From a virus, in the IMG/VR virus record IMGVR_UViG_3300044764_000010, positions 1-60,525 of that record: DNA of 60,525 nt. One strand, given 5' to 3'. This document shows positions 25,232 through 35,166 of the stretch, one piece after another. Under the pieces are notes generated by a model. It was not told the DNA's origin, searched no databases, and saw only the letters and a program-made list of their open reading frames with translations. The position numbers and the translations under genes were made by a program. Every line of letters starts with the position of its first letter. Within the stretch, counting starts at the first letter, position 1.

Positions 25232-26523
25232 TGGCTCACAACGCGTACGACCTGATGACCGAGGGCGCACTCCTCGGATCGATGCTCACGACCCCCGACA
25301 GTGCCGCGGCGTTCTTCCTGTCCGTGCCGAACGAGGCGTACTGGCAGCCTCGCAACCAGGCGCTCGCCTCGGTTATCCGCGACATGCTGGTCAAGCGGAC
25401 GCCCATCGACCCGGTCACGGTGCTCGCCGAGATCGAGGATGCCGGGCTTCTGTCTCGCATCACCGGCAACTACCTGTTCGAGCTGTACGCCTCGCCGTAC
25501 ACCGCGGACCACGCCGAGAAGTACGCCGAGCGGATCTGCGAGCTCTACGGCCGGCGGCGCCTCGCCGAGGAGTTCGAGCGGCAACAGCAGTACCTTGACG
25601 CCGAGTGGGAGCACGGCGAGCCCACCCCGGTAGCCGAGGTCATCAGCCGAGTCCGCGCGACGCTGGACGAACTCGTCACTTACGCCGCGAGCCGTGTGCA
25701 CGTCGATCCCCCGACGCTCACCGACCTCCTCGCGTCCGTGGACGAGTACGACTGGCTCGTGCCGGGGTTGCTCGAGCGCGGGGACCGGATGCTCATCACC
25801 GGCGAGGAGGGTCTCGGCAAGACCGAGTTCATGACACAGGTCGTGGCGTGCATCGCAGCGTCCATCCACCCGTTCATGGGCGAGGCGATCGCGGACGGCA
25901 ACGAGGAGTTCCGGGTCACCATCGTGGATTGCGAGAACAGCAAGAGCCAGGCGCGCCGGCGTTGGCGGCGCATCACCGCGGTAGTCGACTCGACTCGTGA
26001 CGCGCTCGGCCTGCCGCCGGTCGATTGGGCCAAGCGGCTGTTCATCGACTTCCGGCCCGAGGGTCTGGATCTGCTCAAGGGTTCGGACTCGGCATGGCTC
26101 GAGCGGTTCGTGGGCAGCACGGCGCCGGACATCCTGATGGTCGGCCCGCTGTACAAGCTCCACAAGGGCGCGGACATGAACGACGAACGGCAGGCGTCCG
26201 CCCTCCTGTCCACGCTGGACGGGATCCGTACGCGCCACCGCTGCGCCATGATGATCGAGGCGCACGCGGGACAGGGCAAGTCGCAAGACGGCGACCGGTT
26301 CATGCGGCCGCGCGGCTCGGCGGTGTTCATGGGGTGGCCTGAGTTCGGGATCGGCCTGCGTCGCAACAAGGACGATGAGACCTCGGCGGACGTGATCGCG
26401 TGGCGCGGTCACCGCGAGGAGCGCGATTGGCCGAGCGGACTACAGCGCGGACACTCGGGCCTCCTGCCGTGGCGCCCGACGATGGAGTACTACGACCGGC
26501 CCTCGGCGACGTTCCCCGCGTGA
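25231..26523 (+). CDS. DnaB-like replicative helicase (DnaB N-terminal domain plus RecA-type ATPase)
   Basis: EGALLGSMLTTP... N-domain, Walker A GEEGLGKT, Walker B VTIVDCEN. Confidence 0.8.
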   Translation: MAHNAYDLMTEGALLGSMLTTPDSAAAFFLSVPNEAYWQPRNQALASVIRDMLVKRTPIDPVTVLAEIEDAGLLSRITGNYLFELYASPYTADHAEKYAERICELYGRRRLAEEFERQQQYLDAEWEHGEPTPVAEVISRVRATLDELVTYAASRVHVDPPTLTDLLASVDEYDWLVPGLLERGDRMLITGEEGLGKTEFMTQVVACIAASIHPFMGEAIADGNEEFRVTIVDCENSKSQARRRWRRITAVVDSTRDALGLPPVDWAKRLFIDFRPEGLDLLKGSDSAWLERFVGSTAPDILMVGPLYKLHKGADMNDERQASALLSTLDGIRTRHRCAMMIEAHAGQGKSQDGDRFMRPRGSAVFMGWPEFGIGLRRNKDDETSADVIAWRGHREERDWPSGLQRGHSGLLPWRPTMEYYDRPSATFPA

Positions 26524-26525
26524 TG

Positions 26526-26556
26526 CCCCCTCGTGCGGGGGGATGGTCGGTAAACT
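26526..26556 (+). promoter_or_regulatory. hairpin-only variant (C5-TCGTGC-G6) followed by a TAAACT box
   Basis: The dyad is retained, but the -35 and abutting -10 boxes are lost. Upstream of the lysis genes. Confidence 0.3.
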
Positions 26557-26596
26557 CATGCTCGACCACGGCGCCACCTCTGGAAGGCAACCGACC

Positions 26597-27493
26597 ATGG
26601 CAGAAGGCGTAGACCTCTACGGGCTCTACAACAAGGTGACCGACTGGCCCGCGGTCAAGCGCGCCGGCATCGAGTTCGCCTGGATCAAGTTGTCCGACGG
26701 CAACACGAACCGCGACGATTACGGCTATGTCGGCGCGGGCCGGTCGGTCGGGATCGCGATGGGCGGCTACCACTACGCACAGCCGGGTGACCCGGTGGCG
26801 CAAGCGGACCGGCTGATCGGTCGGTGTCTCGCCGAGGGTGCGCTCGACCTCGCGCCGGCGCTCGACCTCGAGGATCCTTTCGCGCCGAACGCCGCGGCTA
26901 TTCAGTTCGCGACCCGCTTCCTTTTGCGGCTCGCCGAGCGTGGCTACACGCCATGTCTGTACGCCAACAACTCGATGCTCAGCGGGATCCTCAAGCCCGT
27001 GCGCGAGGCGCTAAAGGCGGCCGGCGTGACCAACCTCAAGGTGTGGGCCGCGCGCTACGGCGGCTCCCTGACCGTGCCCTACGACGTGCACCAGTACTCG
27101 AGTACCGGCCGCGTGCCGGGCATCACCGGGGATGTGGATCGCAACCGCGGCGACATCCTGTGGAACCGTCGCCCCGACGCGATCGCGGCATCAACCGAGG
27201 AGGAAATCGAAGTGAAGGAACTACAGCCGGGCGAGAACCAGGTCACCCAGGTCCCGTGCAACGGTAAGCGCGGACTGTTCTTCGGGACGGGCTTCCGGGG
27301 GACTGTCGAGGGGCAGCTCTGGTTTATCGGCGACACGCAGGGCGACAAGGGCGGCAATTTCAAGGGGACCAGCCCGAGCCCCGTGGGTATCGACACGGAC
27401 CGGCCCGGACCGGTCACGGTGCCGGAAGGCACGCGGTACGTGTCCGCGCTCCTCACCGTGAAGAACCAGCCGTGCACCGTGTGGTGTGCGTGA
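26597..27493 (+). CDS. endolysin, GH25 muramidase domain plus C-terminal domain of unknown type
   Basis: ATG after ggaagg. VDLYGLYNKVTDWPAVKRAGIEFAWIKLSDG...GGYHYAQP looks GH25-like. Confidence 0.8.
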   Translation: MAEGVDLYGLYNKVTDWPAVKRAGIEFAWIKLSDGNTNRDDYGYVGAGRSVGIAMGGYHYAQPGDPVAQADRLIGRCLAEGALDLAPALDLEDPFAPNAAAIQFATRFLLRLAERGYTPCLYANNSMLSGILKPVREALKAAGVTNLKVWAARYGGSLTVPYDVHQYSSTGRVPGITGDVDRNRGDILWNRRPDAIAASTEEEIEVKELQPGENQVTQVPCNGKRGLFFGTGFRGTVEGQLWFIGDTQGDKGGNFKGTSPSPVGIDTDRPGPVTVPEGTRYVSALLTVKNQPCTVWCA

Positions 27494-27510
27494 ACGACCA
27501 ACCGAAAGAG

Positions 27511-27882
27511 ATGATCATGACCGGTAAGTTGATCTTTGGCCGTGAGCCGGCAGTGTGGCTCGCGTTGATCGCCGCTTTGGTCCAGGGCGTGAGCGGGTTC
27601 TTTTTCGAGCTGACCGACACGCAGCAAGGCGTGATCAACGCAGTGGCCATCGCGCTCGCGGGGTTCATCACCGCGTGGGCAGTCAAGGGTGACGCGCTCC
27701 TGCCGGCACTCCTCGGCATCGTGCAAGCCGTGCTCGCACTCGGCGTGGCATTCGGAGCGCACTGGTCGCCTGACAAGCAGTCCCTCGTGTTGATCCTGGT
27801 CTCGGCTGCGTTTACCGCGTTTGTTCGGCAACAGGTCGTCGCGCCGGTCAACGCCGCGGGCCAGTCCGTCCGGGCTGCCTGA
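27511..27882 (+). CDS. holin-like membrane protein (about 4 TM)
   Basis: ATG after aaagag. Four hydrophobic helices. Adjacent to the endolysin. Confidence 0.6.
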   Translation: MIMTGKLIFGREPAVWLALIAALVQGVSGFFFELTDTQQGVINAVAIALAGFITAWAVKGDALLPALLGIVQAVLALGVAFGAHWSPDKQSLVLILVSAAFTAFVRQQVVAPVNAAGQSVRAA

Positions 27883-28376
27883 TGAGCGAGGGCCGCACGT
27901 GGGTGCTTCCCCTGCCATACGTGCGGCCCCCGCTGTCCGCCAACAAGCGCGGGCACTGGTCGCCGGCGCACAAGGAGTACCGCGCCGTCCGCGATGACGT
28001 GATCATCCTGGCCAAGCATTGGCGCAACACGGTGGGCCTAGCCGGCGTAGGCCGAGCTGATGTAGAGCTCGCCTGGTACCCCGGCTCGCAGCGCCTCGCC
28101 GACTCGGACAACATCAGCGACACCCTCAAGCCGGTCCTCGATGGCCTCGTCAAGGGCGGCGTCTGGCCCGATGACAACTGGCGATATGTTCGCCGGACCT
28201 CGTCCATCGTGATCCCGCGTTCCGAGGACCCGCGTGACCAGGCCACCCCTAGAGTGATCCTCATAATCGAGGAGGTGGCCGGTGGCAGTACGCGGGACCG
28301 TCAAGAACTCGCTGATGGACGGCGCCGGCCGCGGACTCAACAACCTCACCGTGCGAATCTCGCTCATCGCGCCTAA
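27882..28376 (+). CDS. rusA: RusA-like Holliday junction resolvase
   Basis: TGATG overlap. Contains ADSDNISDTLKPVLDGLVKGGVWPDDN (RusA core). The last roughly 30 codons overlap the next gene. Confidence 0.7.
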   Translation: MSEGRTWVLPLPYVRPPLSANKRGHWSPAHKEYRAVRDDVIILAKHWRNTVGLAGVGRADVELAWYPGSQRLADSDNISDTLKPVLDGLVKGGVWPDDNWRYVRRTSSIVIPRSEDPRDQATPRVILIIEEVAGGSTRDRQELADGRRRPRTQQPHRANLAHRA

Positions 28377-28848
28377 CAACCCGTTCCTCCTGGACGGCTC
28401 GGGCGAGGTCATCCAGCGCCTCGCTGTAGACACTGACCACACGGGCATCTGGTCCGCCGAGCTCCTCGCCAATAGCGAGTTTGAGCAGGCAGACGCCTAC
28501 TACCTGGTAGACGAGACGTGTGCCCCGGACGGCGAGAAGTGGACCATTCGGATGCCGGGCGCCGGCACGTTCGAGCTGCGAGACCTCCTCGTCTACGTCC
28601 CCCCGGGCGAGAACGGCAGCGGGCCCACCGTTCCCTCGGGCCGGCACACGCACATCCAGAACACCGCGGATCGGTTCTGGACCATCGTGCACAACCTCGG
28701 TTACCCGCCGGTCATCGAGGCTTACGAGGGCGTCTCGCAAGGGGTCGACTCCGATTGGATCGGCTGGAACAAGCGGCGAGAGATCGACGCGAACACCACG
28801 TTGTTGACCTACCTATCGCCCGTTTCAGGACGCGCGTACTGCTCTTGA
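28282..28848 (+). CDS. minor tail / fibre-associated protein
   Basis: GTG after gaggagg. The motif HTHIQNTADRFWTIVHNLGYPPVIEAYEG is common in fibre proteins. Confidence 0.6.
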   Translation: MAVRGTVKNSLMDGAGRGLNNLTVRISLIAPNNPFLLDGSGEVIQRLAVDTDHTGIWSAELLANSEFEQADAYYLVDETCAPDGEKWTIRMPGAGTFELRDLLVYVPPGENGSGPTVPSGRHTHIQNTADRFWTIVHNLGYPPVIEAYEGVSQGVDSDWIGWNKRREIDANTTLLTYLSPVSGRAYCS

Positions 28849-28861
28849 AAGGGGCCTGATC

Positions 28862-30004
28862 ATGGCACGTAAATTTGACGCCAACGTCGACTTCCTTAAC
28901 CACCCGTGGCTCAACGCCGTGCTCGAGATGATCGCCGGCAACCCGGGCGGTACGCCGGTGGACGGGCGGATCTGGTACGACTCCACGAACTCGACTGTCA
29001 AGGTGCGCATCGCCGGCGTCACGATCGACCTGCGAGACCGCGGCAGCATGACCGGCTCGCAGACGGCGGGCACCATCTCGGACTTCACGGCCGCGGTCCA
29101 GGCCATCCGGTGGGCCTCGATGCTCGCGCCCAACGCCTCGGTCAACATGAACTCGCAGAACTTTTCGGGCCTCGCCGCGGCCGCCTCGGGCGGACAGGCT
29201 GTGGAGTATGGCCAGTTCCAAGCTGCTCTCGCCGGCATCCAGGTCGGGATGGATTTCAAGGAGCACGCCGAGATCGCGGCTCTGGCCAACGTCTCGATCG
29301 CCGCGCCCGGGGCGAACGTCAACGGCCGCGTGATGGTGGCCGGCGATCGGACGTTGCTGACCAACCAGACCAACCACATTCAGGACGGGCTTTGGCAGTG
29401 GAACGGCGCCGCGGTCCCGATGACTCGGCCGGCTGACTCGCCGACCGGCAACACGCAGGCGATCGTGGCCGGCACCGTGGTCGAGGCGTACAACGGTACA
29501 AACCGGACACTGTTCATGCAGACCGCGACGGGGACCGGCACCAACGGCGCGATCATCGTGGACACCGATGTGCAGACGTGGGTGGCCCCGTTCTCCATGA
29601 CGATCGCCGCGGGCTACGGCATCGCGGTCACCGGCGGCAACAAGGTCGCGTTCGTCCCCGGGCTCGGCATGGCGGCCACCGGCGCGGACGGCGCGGCTGC
29701 AGGTGTCGACCCCACGATCGTCGCGCGCAAGGTTGTCGGGAACATCCCGACGGCCACCGCGGGGATCTACACGGTCGGCGCGGCGGACTCGGGCGGTACT
29801 GGCTACATCGCGGTGACGATCAACCACGCGCTCAACAACACGCGGGCATCGCTCACCCTGCGATTCGGCAGCGCCGGCGCGGACCCCGGGCAACAGGTCG
29901 AGGTCGACAACAAGCCGGCCGGCGGCACGGACGCCAACAACATGGTGATCAACCTGCCCAACGGGTTCGTCACCAACGCCTACCAGTTCCAGATCGTGGG
30001 CTGA
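28862..30004 (+). CDS. tail fibre protein
   Basis: 380 aa. VMVAGDRTLLTNQTNHIQDGLWQWNG motif. Gly/Ala/Thr-rich. Confidence 0.6.
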   Translation: MARKFDANVDFLNHPWLNAVLEMIAGNPGGTPVDGRIWYDSTNSTVKVRIAGVTIDLRDRGSMTGSQTAGTISDFTAAVQAIRWASMLAPNASVNMNSQNFSGLAAAASGGQAVEYGQFQAALAGIQVGMDFKEHAEIAALANVSIAAPGANVNGRVMVAGDRTLLTNQTNHIQDGLWQWNGAAVPMTRPADSPTGNTQAIVAGTVVEAYNGTNRTLFMQTATGTGTNGAIIVDTDVQTWVAPFSMTIAAGYGIAVTGGNKVAFVPGLGMAATGADGAAAGVDPTIVARKVVGNIPTATAGIYTVGAADSGGTGYIAVTINHALNNTRASLTLRFGSAGADPGQQVEVDNKPAGGTDANNMVINLPNGFVTNAYQFQIVG

Positions 30005-30007
30005 TCG

Positions 30008-32119
30008 ATGCCGCGCACTTTCCTCGGCGGCGTTACGACGCCGAGCCGAGCCACCGAGCCCGCGACACGTCGCTACGTCGACGACGCCGCGGATGTCTAC
30101 TTGCCCATTGCGACCGGGACGCATTTCAACGGCAACGGGGGAGCGGCCTCAACGGCGCTCATCCAGACCCGCTGTAGGCAGTCTCGCAAGATGCTCCGCG
30201 TGATCTCACCGGGTGCGACAGAGTTGCAACTCGAGTGGGCGAACATCTACACGAGCGTCACCCCGCAGGCCGGTGACGCCTCGTGCGAGCTGCCGAGCCC
30301 GAACACGGTGACCGTGCGCATGTCGGTCGAGTACCCCGCGGGCAAGATGCGCATCGTCTCGGGCTCCTCGGCCTGGTCCTCGGTGACGGCCTACGCGGTG
30401 GCGGACCAGGTGACCTCGGGCGGGTTCAAGTGGGTAGCGATCCAGGCCGGCACGAACCAGACGCCGGCCGCGGCGTCCGCGTATTGGCGCAAGGTCAATA
30501 CCTACCCCGTCCAGTGGGACGGGCAGACCGACACCGCCGGCACCATCCCGTTCGCCCCCGGCGCCTACAAGCGCTCGCTCCCTGTCCCGCTCCTCGAGGC
30601 GGTCCAGTACGGGGACCTCATCGCGGTCCTCGGCGCGTTCGACTCGGGCGCCACCTCGGGCACCTACATCCCGTACGCCGGCGCGAACGGCGCCTCGAAT
30701 CACGGGACGTTCGTGGACTGGGTGGTGGACGCCGCCGGCGGGATGCCGGCCATCGGCTCGGCGCTGCCGGACACAGGTGTCACGAACCAGACGAACGGCA
30801 ACACGACCGTCGCCGACGCGCCGAACAACGCGAACTGGCTGCAGATCCCCTACGCCACCGCGGTCACCGGCAACTCGCAGGACAAGCGATGTGTCGCGCT
30901 GTTCGGGGACTCCCTCATCCAGGGATCCGGCGGGGACAACCGAGACGGCGAGCCGTGCGGGATCTTCCCTCGAGCGCTGGACGGTGCCCGATGGTGGCGC
31001 GTGGCGCAGGGCGGCAACCGGGCACAGTGCTACGTCCCGGGTAACCATCCCTGGCAAGCCTCGGTTCTCGCTCGGTGCTCGGCGATCGTGTCGAACATGG
31101 GCTTGAACGACATCAGCACGGGCGCCACCTTGGCCACCGCGCAGGCGTACATCCAGCGCATGTGGAAAGCAGCCGCGGCGTCCGGCGCCCCGCTGTACCA
31201 CGGTCTGCTCTCGCCCATCTCGGCGAGCTCGGACGCGTGGGCAACGGTGGCCAACCAGTCCCGTTTCACCAACGGCGGCACGATCGCCACCACGCAGTAC
31301 CCGACAGACGATGCGACGTTCCTGACCTCGGTATATGGCCTCGTCTCAATGTGGATCTCACAAGACGCCGGCCTGATGAACACCCCGGATAACGTCGCCG
31401 TCAAGGCGGGCCAGAAGGATCACCCCGTCCGGGCCATCCTCGATTGGCACGGCCTGATCGCCGATGGGGCCACGAGCTGGAAGTGGAACGCGCCCGGCTA
31501 CACCTCGGACGGCGCGCACCCCAACACCATCGCGTCGCAGGCGCAGGCGGCCTACCTCGCCCCGCAGATGGAGCCGGTCCTCATCGGTCGAACGCTGCCG
31601 TTCCAGTGGACGCCGGCCTGGTCGCCCACCGGCGAGGTCCCGCTCATGCCGTTCCCGAGGTCGATGTGCAAGGACCTCTCGCCGGTGGCGACCGGCTCGC
31701 AGGAGGGAGTACTCGGGACCAGCCCCGGGCGCTACTACTACGGCGTGCGGCTGATGGCAGGGACCGCGGCCGGCTCGAGGTCATACACGATCTTGGCCGG
31801 CGCTGACCAGGCCAAACTCAAGGTGATCCACTCGGGCGTCCTCGCCTCGGTGGCCTCGGACATCTACACGCTCTCGTTTCCCGGCGCGCCCCTCTGGATC
31901 CCGTACGGGCACCTCGTGGTCGCCGTGGTCACCACGCCGGCCGGATCCTCGTGGGCCGGTGCACTGGCGAGTGCCGCGCCCGTGCACGTCACCGGCGCGC
32001 TTGCTCTCCTCGCCGGCTCGAGCGCTGCCACTGCGGTGCTCACCGGCGTGCAGTCCATCGTCAAGGGCGTCACGTTCGGCACCGGGATTACGCATCGGTT
32101 GTGGGGCGAGGTCTACTAG
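30008..32119 (+). CDS. tail protein with SGNH/GDSL hydrolase domain
   Basis: VALFGDSLIQGSGG (block I), MGLNDIS (block III) and SDGAHPN (block V), at about aa 294-515. Confidence 0.7.
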   Translation: MPRTFLGGVTTPSRATEPATRRYVDDAADVYLPIATGTHFNGNGGAASTALIQTRCRQSRKMLRVISPGATELQLEWANIYTSVTPQAGDASCELPSPNTVTVRMSVEYPAGKMRIVSGSSAWSSVTAYAVADQVTSGGFKWVAIQAGTNQTPAAASAYWRKVNTYPVQWDGQTDTAGTIPFAPGAYKRSLPVPLLEAVQYGDLIAVLGAFDSGATSGTYIPYAGANGASNHGTFVDWVVDAAGGMPAIGSALPDTGVTNQTNGNTTVADAPNNANWLQIPYATAVTGNSQDKRCVALFGDSLIQGSGGDNRDGEPCGIFPRALDGARWWRVAQGGNRAQCYVPGNHPWQASVLARCSAIVSNMGLNDISTGATLATAQAYIQRMWKAAAASGAPLYHGLLSPISASSDAWATVANQSRFTNGGTIATTQYPTDDATFLTSVYGLVSMWISQDAGLMNTPDNVAVKAGQKDHPVRAILDWHGLIADGATSWKWNAPGYTSDGAHPNTIASQAQAAYLAPQMEPVLIGRTLPFQWTPAWSPTGEVPLMPFPRSMCKDLSPVATGSQEGVLGTSPGRYYYGVRLMAGTAAGSRSYTILAGADQAKLKVIHSGVLASVASDIYTLSFPGAPLWIPYGHLVVAVVTTPAGSSWAGALASAAPVHVTGALALLAGSSAATAVLTGVQSIVKGVTFGTGITHRLWGEVY

Positions 32120-32130
32120 ATCTCGGCTAG

Positions 32131-32159
32131 ATCACTCCCCCGCGTTCCGGGGGTATTAT
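32131..32159 (+). promoter_or_regulatory. weaker dyad-spacer promoter (ATCACT-CCCCCG-CGTTC-CGGGGG-TATTAT), leaderless geometry
   Basis: 17-bp spacer. -10 ends at 32159. ATG at 32167 (+8). Confidence 0.55.
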
Positions 32160-32166
32160 CCCGATC

Positions 32167-32778
32167 ATGACCGAGCGCGCGCACGTGGTGTACATCGTCG
32201 GGGAGCCCGGCGTGGGGAAATCAACCGCCCTCGGGGAACTCACTCGGCTCTATGAGCGTCGCGTGGTTTCTCACAAGCTCGCCGGCGGACCGGCCCGTGA
32301 GACCCTCTCGCGAGACGGCCTGGACGTGGCTGTGGAGCTCGGCCGGCGCGAGGGCAAGCACCCCGTTGGGTTCCCCGGAACCGATGCCATGAGCATGTCC
32401 GCGATCGTCGGCGTGGAGTCGTGGCTCACGTCCGGCGCCGCGGCCGCCGAGACCTGCCTCATTCTCGGTGAGGGTGCACGCCTCGCCAACCGCCGGATGA
32501 TCAAGGCCGTTATCAAGGCGGACGCCCGTCTCACCGTGGTCTACCTCCATGACCCCGCCGGCGCTGCAGCTCGCCGGCAGGCTCGAGGTGGCGGACAGAA
32601 CGAGGCGTGGGTCCGCGGGCAGGGCACGCGCGCGGCGAACTTCTATCAGGCGGCCCGGGATGCCATGGTGCACACCGATGCCGACGTGCATTGCGAGTAC
32701 GTCAACGCCGAGCACCCCGAACGCGTCCTCGATGCATTGCACCTCGTTACAGGGTTGGACCGCTCGCCGGTCGCGTGA
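32167..32778 (+). CDS. P-loop NTPase / kinase-like protein
   Basis: Walker A at VYIVGEPGVGKST. Confidence 0.7.
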   Translation: MTERAHVVYIVGEPGVGKSTALGELTRLYERRVVSHKLAGGPARETLSRDGLDVAVELGRREGKHPVGFPGTDAMSMSAIVGVESWLTSGAAAAETCLILGEGARLANRRMIKAVIKADARLTVVYLHDPAGAAARRQARGGGQNEAWVRGQGTRAANFYQAARDAMVHTDADVHCEYVNAEHPERVLDALHLVTGLDRSPVA

Positions 32779-32812
32779 GAATTCCAGGCCGTCTCGCGAC
32801 AGGAGGAGAGCA

Positions 32813-33376
32813 TTGCCCCCGAAGAACCGGACAAATTTGAGGGCCGTTCCCTCGTCCGACACCAAGAAAGCGCCGGCCAAGAAGACCACCAAGAAGAAGA
32901 CGACGCCTCGGGCTACGCCGGTCCAGATGCGGGCTCGCGCCGCGCAGCTCGTGACTCTCGTGGCCTCGGGCGACACCATTACCGAGGCGGCCACCAAGCT
33001 CAAGATGCAACGGACCGCGGCGAACGAGCTCTACAACAAAGAGCTCGCCCGGATGATCGATGAGGCCGGCGCGCGCGAGTCTCTCGTTACGACGACGCTT
33101 GAGACGCTGCGACTGCTCAAGCAGGCGCACATGCCGTTGGCCCTCAAGGGCGATGAGAAGTCCTCGCGCATCATCCTCGGCATCACCTCGCAGGAGTCGG
33201 ACCTCCTCGGGCTCAAGGCCGCTATCCAGGTCCAGGTGTCCAACCAGCGCATCGACAACACCGTTACGGACGTGGTCAAGCTGATCGAATCGGCCGAGGC
33301 GAGCCTCCCCCGGTTGCTCGAATCGGACGTGTTCATCATCGACCAGCGGCCTGACGACAACGAGTCGGCAGGGTGA
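32813..33376 (+). CDS. terminase small subunit (putative)
   Basis: TTG after aggaggagagca. Lys-rich N-terminus and HTH-like GDTITEAATKLKMQRTAANELY. Immediately upstream of TerL. Confidence 0.5.
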   Translation: MPPKNRTNLRAVPSSDTKKAPAKKTTKKKTTPRATPVQMRARAAQLVTLVASGDTITEAATKLKMQRTAANELYNKELARMIDEAGARESLVTTTLETLRLLKQAHMPLALKGDEKSSRIILGITSQESDLLGLKAAIQVQVSNQRIDNTVTDVVKLIESAEASLPRLLESDVFIIDQRPDDNESAG

Positions 33377-35166
33377 CGGCCTCCCTTGAGGCCCAAGTGC
33401 GCGCTCGCCTGGATGACCTCAACCCCGCCGAGCGCCGGCTCGCACAGATCCGCCTAGACCGGATCCTTCGCCGCAAGAAGGCGCTCGCCGAGTTCCCCTC
33501 ACCGGGCCACCTGGCCAAGTTCGTCCAGCCGGACACGGTCCAAACCGAGATGATGACCGCGCTCGACAAGGTGATCATCTCGGCGGACTCGGGTTTCCAA
33601 CGGAATTGGATCATCAGCACGCCACCGCAGGAGGGCAAGACGCAGCGGATGGGCACGGCCGGCCCGCTCTGGCTCCTGCTCCGTGACCCGACCCGACGCA
33701 TCGTCGTCGCGTCGTACGAGCAAGGCGTTGCCGCGCGGTCCGGGCTCGCCGTCCGGCAGATGATCGAGACCTACGGCGGTGGCTACAAGGGTGACCGTGC
33801 GAGCCGTGCGCAGGATGACCACCTCGGCCTGTTGCTCGACCCTGACCGGGCGCAACAGACGAACTGGAACTTGATAGACGGACCGGGCCGGCGCAACGGC
33901 GGGATGATCGCCGTCGGTGTCGGTGGCGCGCTCACTGGCCGGCCGGCGGACGTGATGATCATTGACGACTCCATCAAGAATGCCAAGCAGGCGGACAGTG
34001 CCGAGCAACGCAAGCACATTCGGGACTGGTTCGATTCGGTGGTCACCACTCGGTTGTCCCCGGGCGCGATCATGATCATCATCGGAACCCGGTGGCACGA
34101 GGACGACCTCATCGGCGCGCTCATGCGCGAGGACGACTTGAACCTCACCCCGCGGTTTCGGCACCTCATCATCCCGGCGCAGGCCAAGAAGAAAGATCCA
34201 CTCGGGCGTAAGCCGGGCCAGTTCCTCACGTCCACCCGAGGCCGCACCGTGGAGCAGTGGCACGAGATCCGCAAGAACGTCGGTGAACGGTTTTGGGCAG
34301 CGCTCTACCAGGCCGAGCCATCGCCCCCCGCCGGCGGGATCTTCCAACTCGAGTGGTTCGACAACAACCGCGTGTTCGCCCCGCCCGAGCTGCAAAAGGT
34401 CGAGGTGTTCGTGGACCCCGCGGACAACGAGGGCGATGGGGACGAGGCCGGCATCGTCTGCGTGGGCCGTTCCTACGATCAGCACTACTACGTGCTCGCC
34501 GACGAATCAGGGCACATGACCGTCGCGCGCTGGTTCCGGGTCGCGTTCCTCCTCGCGCTCCAGCACGGCGCCACCGCGGTCAAGTACGAGAAGTCGCTCT
34601 CGGGCCTGCGTCGCTCGGCCAAGCTCGCGTGGAAAGACATCTTGCGCGAGGCCAGGAAGCTCAACGAACTCGACCGGCGCAGCAATGTCAACAGCCGTCG
34701 GCCCATCTCCGCACCCGGCGAGCTACTGCAGCAAGCGGTGGCCGAGCTCGCACGCGACGACGCCGAGCCGGCCGAGCGACTCAAGCTCGAGCTCGACCTT
34801 GCCGAGCTCTGGCACCACGTGCCCAAGGTGCTCGCGCTGCCGGCGGCCACCGGGCTCCCCGTCCGCGGGTTTTCGGCCAAGGGGTCCAAGACGTACCGGG
34901 CCAAGATGGTTGCCCCGTTGCACGAGTCCGGCCGCGTGCACCACGTCGGTTTCCACATGGAGCTCGTGCACCAATGCGTCGCGTGGCAGGAATCGCAGGA
35001 CTCCCCGGACCGGATGGACGCTTACGTGCACGGCCTCGACCAGATGTCGAACTCCCTCGGGGACTCCTCGATGGAACGGTCTAAAGGCTCTGTGCCGGCG
35101 CGACCGTCGCAGGCCGGCGGTGGCGGGGAGCTGCAGCGCCTAGGGGCGACCACGAGGCGCTCGTGA
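33373..35166 (+). CDS. terminase large subunit
   Basis: GTGA overlap. Contains ISTPPQEGKTQRM (Walker A-like), VMIIDDS (Walker B) and GTRWHEDDL. Confidence 0.9.
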   Translation: MTASLEAQVRARLDDLNPAERRLAQIRLDRILRRKKALAEFPSPGHLAKFVQPDTVQTEMMTALDKVIISADSGFQRNWIISTPPQEGKTQRMGTAGPLWLLLRDPTRRIVVASYEQGVAARSGLAVRQMIETYGGGYKGDRASRAQDDHLGLLLDPDRAQQTNWNLIDGPGRRNGGMIAVGVGGALTGRPADVMIIDDSIKNAKQADSAEQRKHIRDWFDSVVTTRLSPGAIMIIIGTRWHEDDLIGALMREDDLNLTPRFRHLIIPAQAKKKDPLGRKPGQFLTSTRGRTVEQWHEIRKNVGERFWAALYQAEPSPPAGGIFQLEWFDNNRVFAPPELQKVEVFVDPADNEGDGDEAGIVCVGRSYDQHYYVLADESGHMTVARWFRVAFLLALQHGATAVKYEKSLSGLRRSAKLAWKDILREARKLNELDRRSNVNSRRPISAPGELLQQAVAELARDDAEPAERLKLELDLAELWHHVPKVLALPAATGLPVRGFSAKGSKTYRAKMVAPLHESGRVHHVGFHMELVHQCVAWQESQDSPDRMDAYVHGLDQMSNSLGDSSMERSKGSVPARPSQAGGGGELQRLGATTRRS

